NCBI GenBank assembly: GCA_049512935.1
Contig: JBEKWR010000030.1
Location: 1 to 19,714, forward strand
Source: Candidatus Bathyarchaeia archaeon
GTDB taxonomy: Archaea; Thermoproteota; Bathyarchaeia; Bathyarchaeales; Bathycorpusculaceae
DNA: 19,714 nt
Direction: 5' to 3'
Made by a program: the position numbers and the translations under genes. A model generated the notes under the pieces. The model saw only the letters and a list, made by a program, of their open reading frames with translations, searched no databases and was not told the DNA's origin. This document shows positions 18,650 through 19,714 of this stretch, piece by piece; the first letter of the stretch is position 1; every line of letters begins with the position of its first letter.

Positions 18650-19714
18650 ATAAATAAGCATCTAAAAGTCACAGTAGCCATGCTTATTGTGGCAGTGATG
18701 GTTTTGCCAGCCCTCTACTTGCCGCGTGCTCAAGCCCAAGGAAGCCAAAACCAAAACTCGTGGACTTCACTGGCGTCCATGCCTACCGCTCGGGGCGGAC
18801 TCGGCGTCGTTGCGGTCAACGGGAGAATCTACGCGATCGGAGGCTTAAGCGGCAATTCACCTCTTAACGTTAACGAAATGTACACGCCAGGCACGAACCA
18901 GTGGGCAACCGAGGCGCCGATGCCGACGGCTAGAAGCGGCTTCGCAATTGCGGTTTATAACGGCAAGATTTACTGCATAGGCGGTACCGTTGGCACCAAC
19001 GAGTACGTTGGAAACAACGAGGTTTATGACCCAGCGTCGAACACTTGGCAAACGATGGCTTCCATGCCTACGCCCAGAGCCGACTTGAGCGCGTTCGTGG
19101 TTAACGGCAAAATCTACCTGATCGGCGGAATGCAGTATTCGGGTGCAAGTCCATTTTACGTTGAGACGGGCGTAAACGAGGTTTATGACCCATCCACGAA
19201 CAGTTGGAGCACCGCCGCGTCCATGCCGGCGGCTGCTTACGGCTACGCTTCGGCGATAATGAACGGGGAAATCTACGTTGTCGGAGGCTCCAAGAGCCCT
19301 GGAACCGAGGGAACCGGGGACTTTATCAATTCAAATCAAGTGTACAACCCCCAAACCAACAGTTGGGTTTTCGCCGCGAATTTTCCCTCTTTCGCATCTT
19401 ACGGAGCCGCAGGGGCAACAGACGGGTTTATGGCTCCTCCGCTGCTGTATTTCGTCGGCGGATTCTACCTCGATTCCTTCAGCAACACCATGGAAGTGTA
19501 CAACGCGGGCAACAACTCATGGAGCAAAGGAGCGTCAATGCCTACTGCACGGGCGTACCTAGGCGTAGCCGTTGTAAACGATGTTTTGTACGCGATCGGC
19601 GGGTTTGACGGCACAAACTGGCTGAGCACAGTTGAGCAGTACACGCCTATCGGTTATGGCACGGCTCCGCCGCTGATTCAAGTTACCTCGCCTGGCAACC
19701 AGACTTACGCTAAG
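18650..19714 (+). CDS. Secreted Kelch-repeat beta-propeller protein, 3' end outside the window
   Basis: Missing from the ORF track because there is no stop. Manual translation gives a signal peptide ending AQA, then six Kelch repeats (SWTSLASMPTARGGLGVVAVNGRIYAIGG ... NEVYDP..N.W ... SMPTARAYLGVAVVNDVLYAIGG), then PPLIQVTSPGNQTY, probably the start of an Ig-like domain. Start is ATA 18650 or ATG 18680. Confidence 0.92.
   Translation, partial: MNKHLKVTVAMLIVAVMVLPALYLPRAQAQGSQNQNSWTSLASMPTARGGLGVVAVNGRIYAIGGLSGNSPLNVNEMYTPGTNQWATEAPMPTARSGFAIAVYNGKIYCIGGTVGTNEYVGNNEVYDPASNTWQTMASMPTPRADLSAFVVNGKIYLIGGMQYSGASPFYVETGVNEVYDPSTNSWSTAASMPAAAYGYASAIMNGEIYVVGGSKSPGTEGTGDFINSNQVYNPQTNSWVFAANFPSFASYGAAGATDGFMAPPLLYFVGGFYLDSFSNTMEVYNAGNNSWSKGASMPTARAYLGVAVVNDVLYAIGGFDGTNWLSTVEQYTPIGYGTAPPLIQVTSPGNQTYAK

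Noticed and set aside
18857-19608. ORF-track calls 18857..19051, 19204..19608 and 19278..19562
   Set aside because: They are alternate-frame shadows of the Kelch gene.
18760-19650. Recurring DNA motifs (atgcctac, aacgaggtttatgaccc) as a CRISPR-like or tandem array
   Set aside because: They are explained by in-frame Kelch protein repeats; copies are degenerate with codon-type variation.

Overview
Archaeal chromosomal window. The gene set (archaeal TpiA, Nop5/fibrillarin, RNase HII, TrmB), TATA-type promoters and secreted Kelch / PE-CTERM-like proteins point to TACK archaea, most plausibly Bathyarchaeia (inference). Left half, minus strand: nop5-fibrillarin, rnhB, a TrmB regulator with duplicated effector domains plus a CBS pair, then tpiA, a DUF89 phosphatase and a glycogen debranching enzyme that runs off the window. 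Middle: an accessory patch of small secreted/membrane proteins, a membrane-anchored HTH regulator and an orphan VapB-type antitoxin. Right half: pyrB, a DUF72 pseudogene, mdh, a USP and a partial secreted Kelch protein. The standout is 12911..15130, an ArsR-type HTH + ATP-cone + class III ribonucleotide reductase (NrdD) fusion that has lost the glycyl-radical glycine and both usual active-site cysteines but keeps the ATP-cone and Zn site. It looks like an RNR pseudoenzyme repurposed as a (d)NTP-sensing transcription factor. No tRNA, rRNA, CRISPR array or transposase was recognised.
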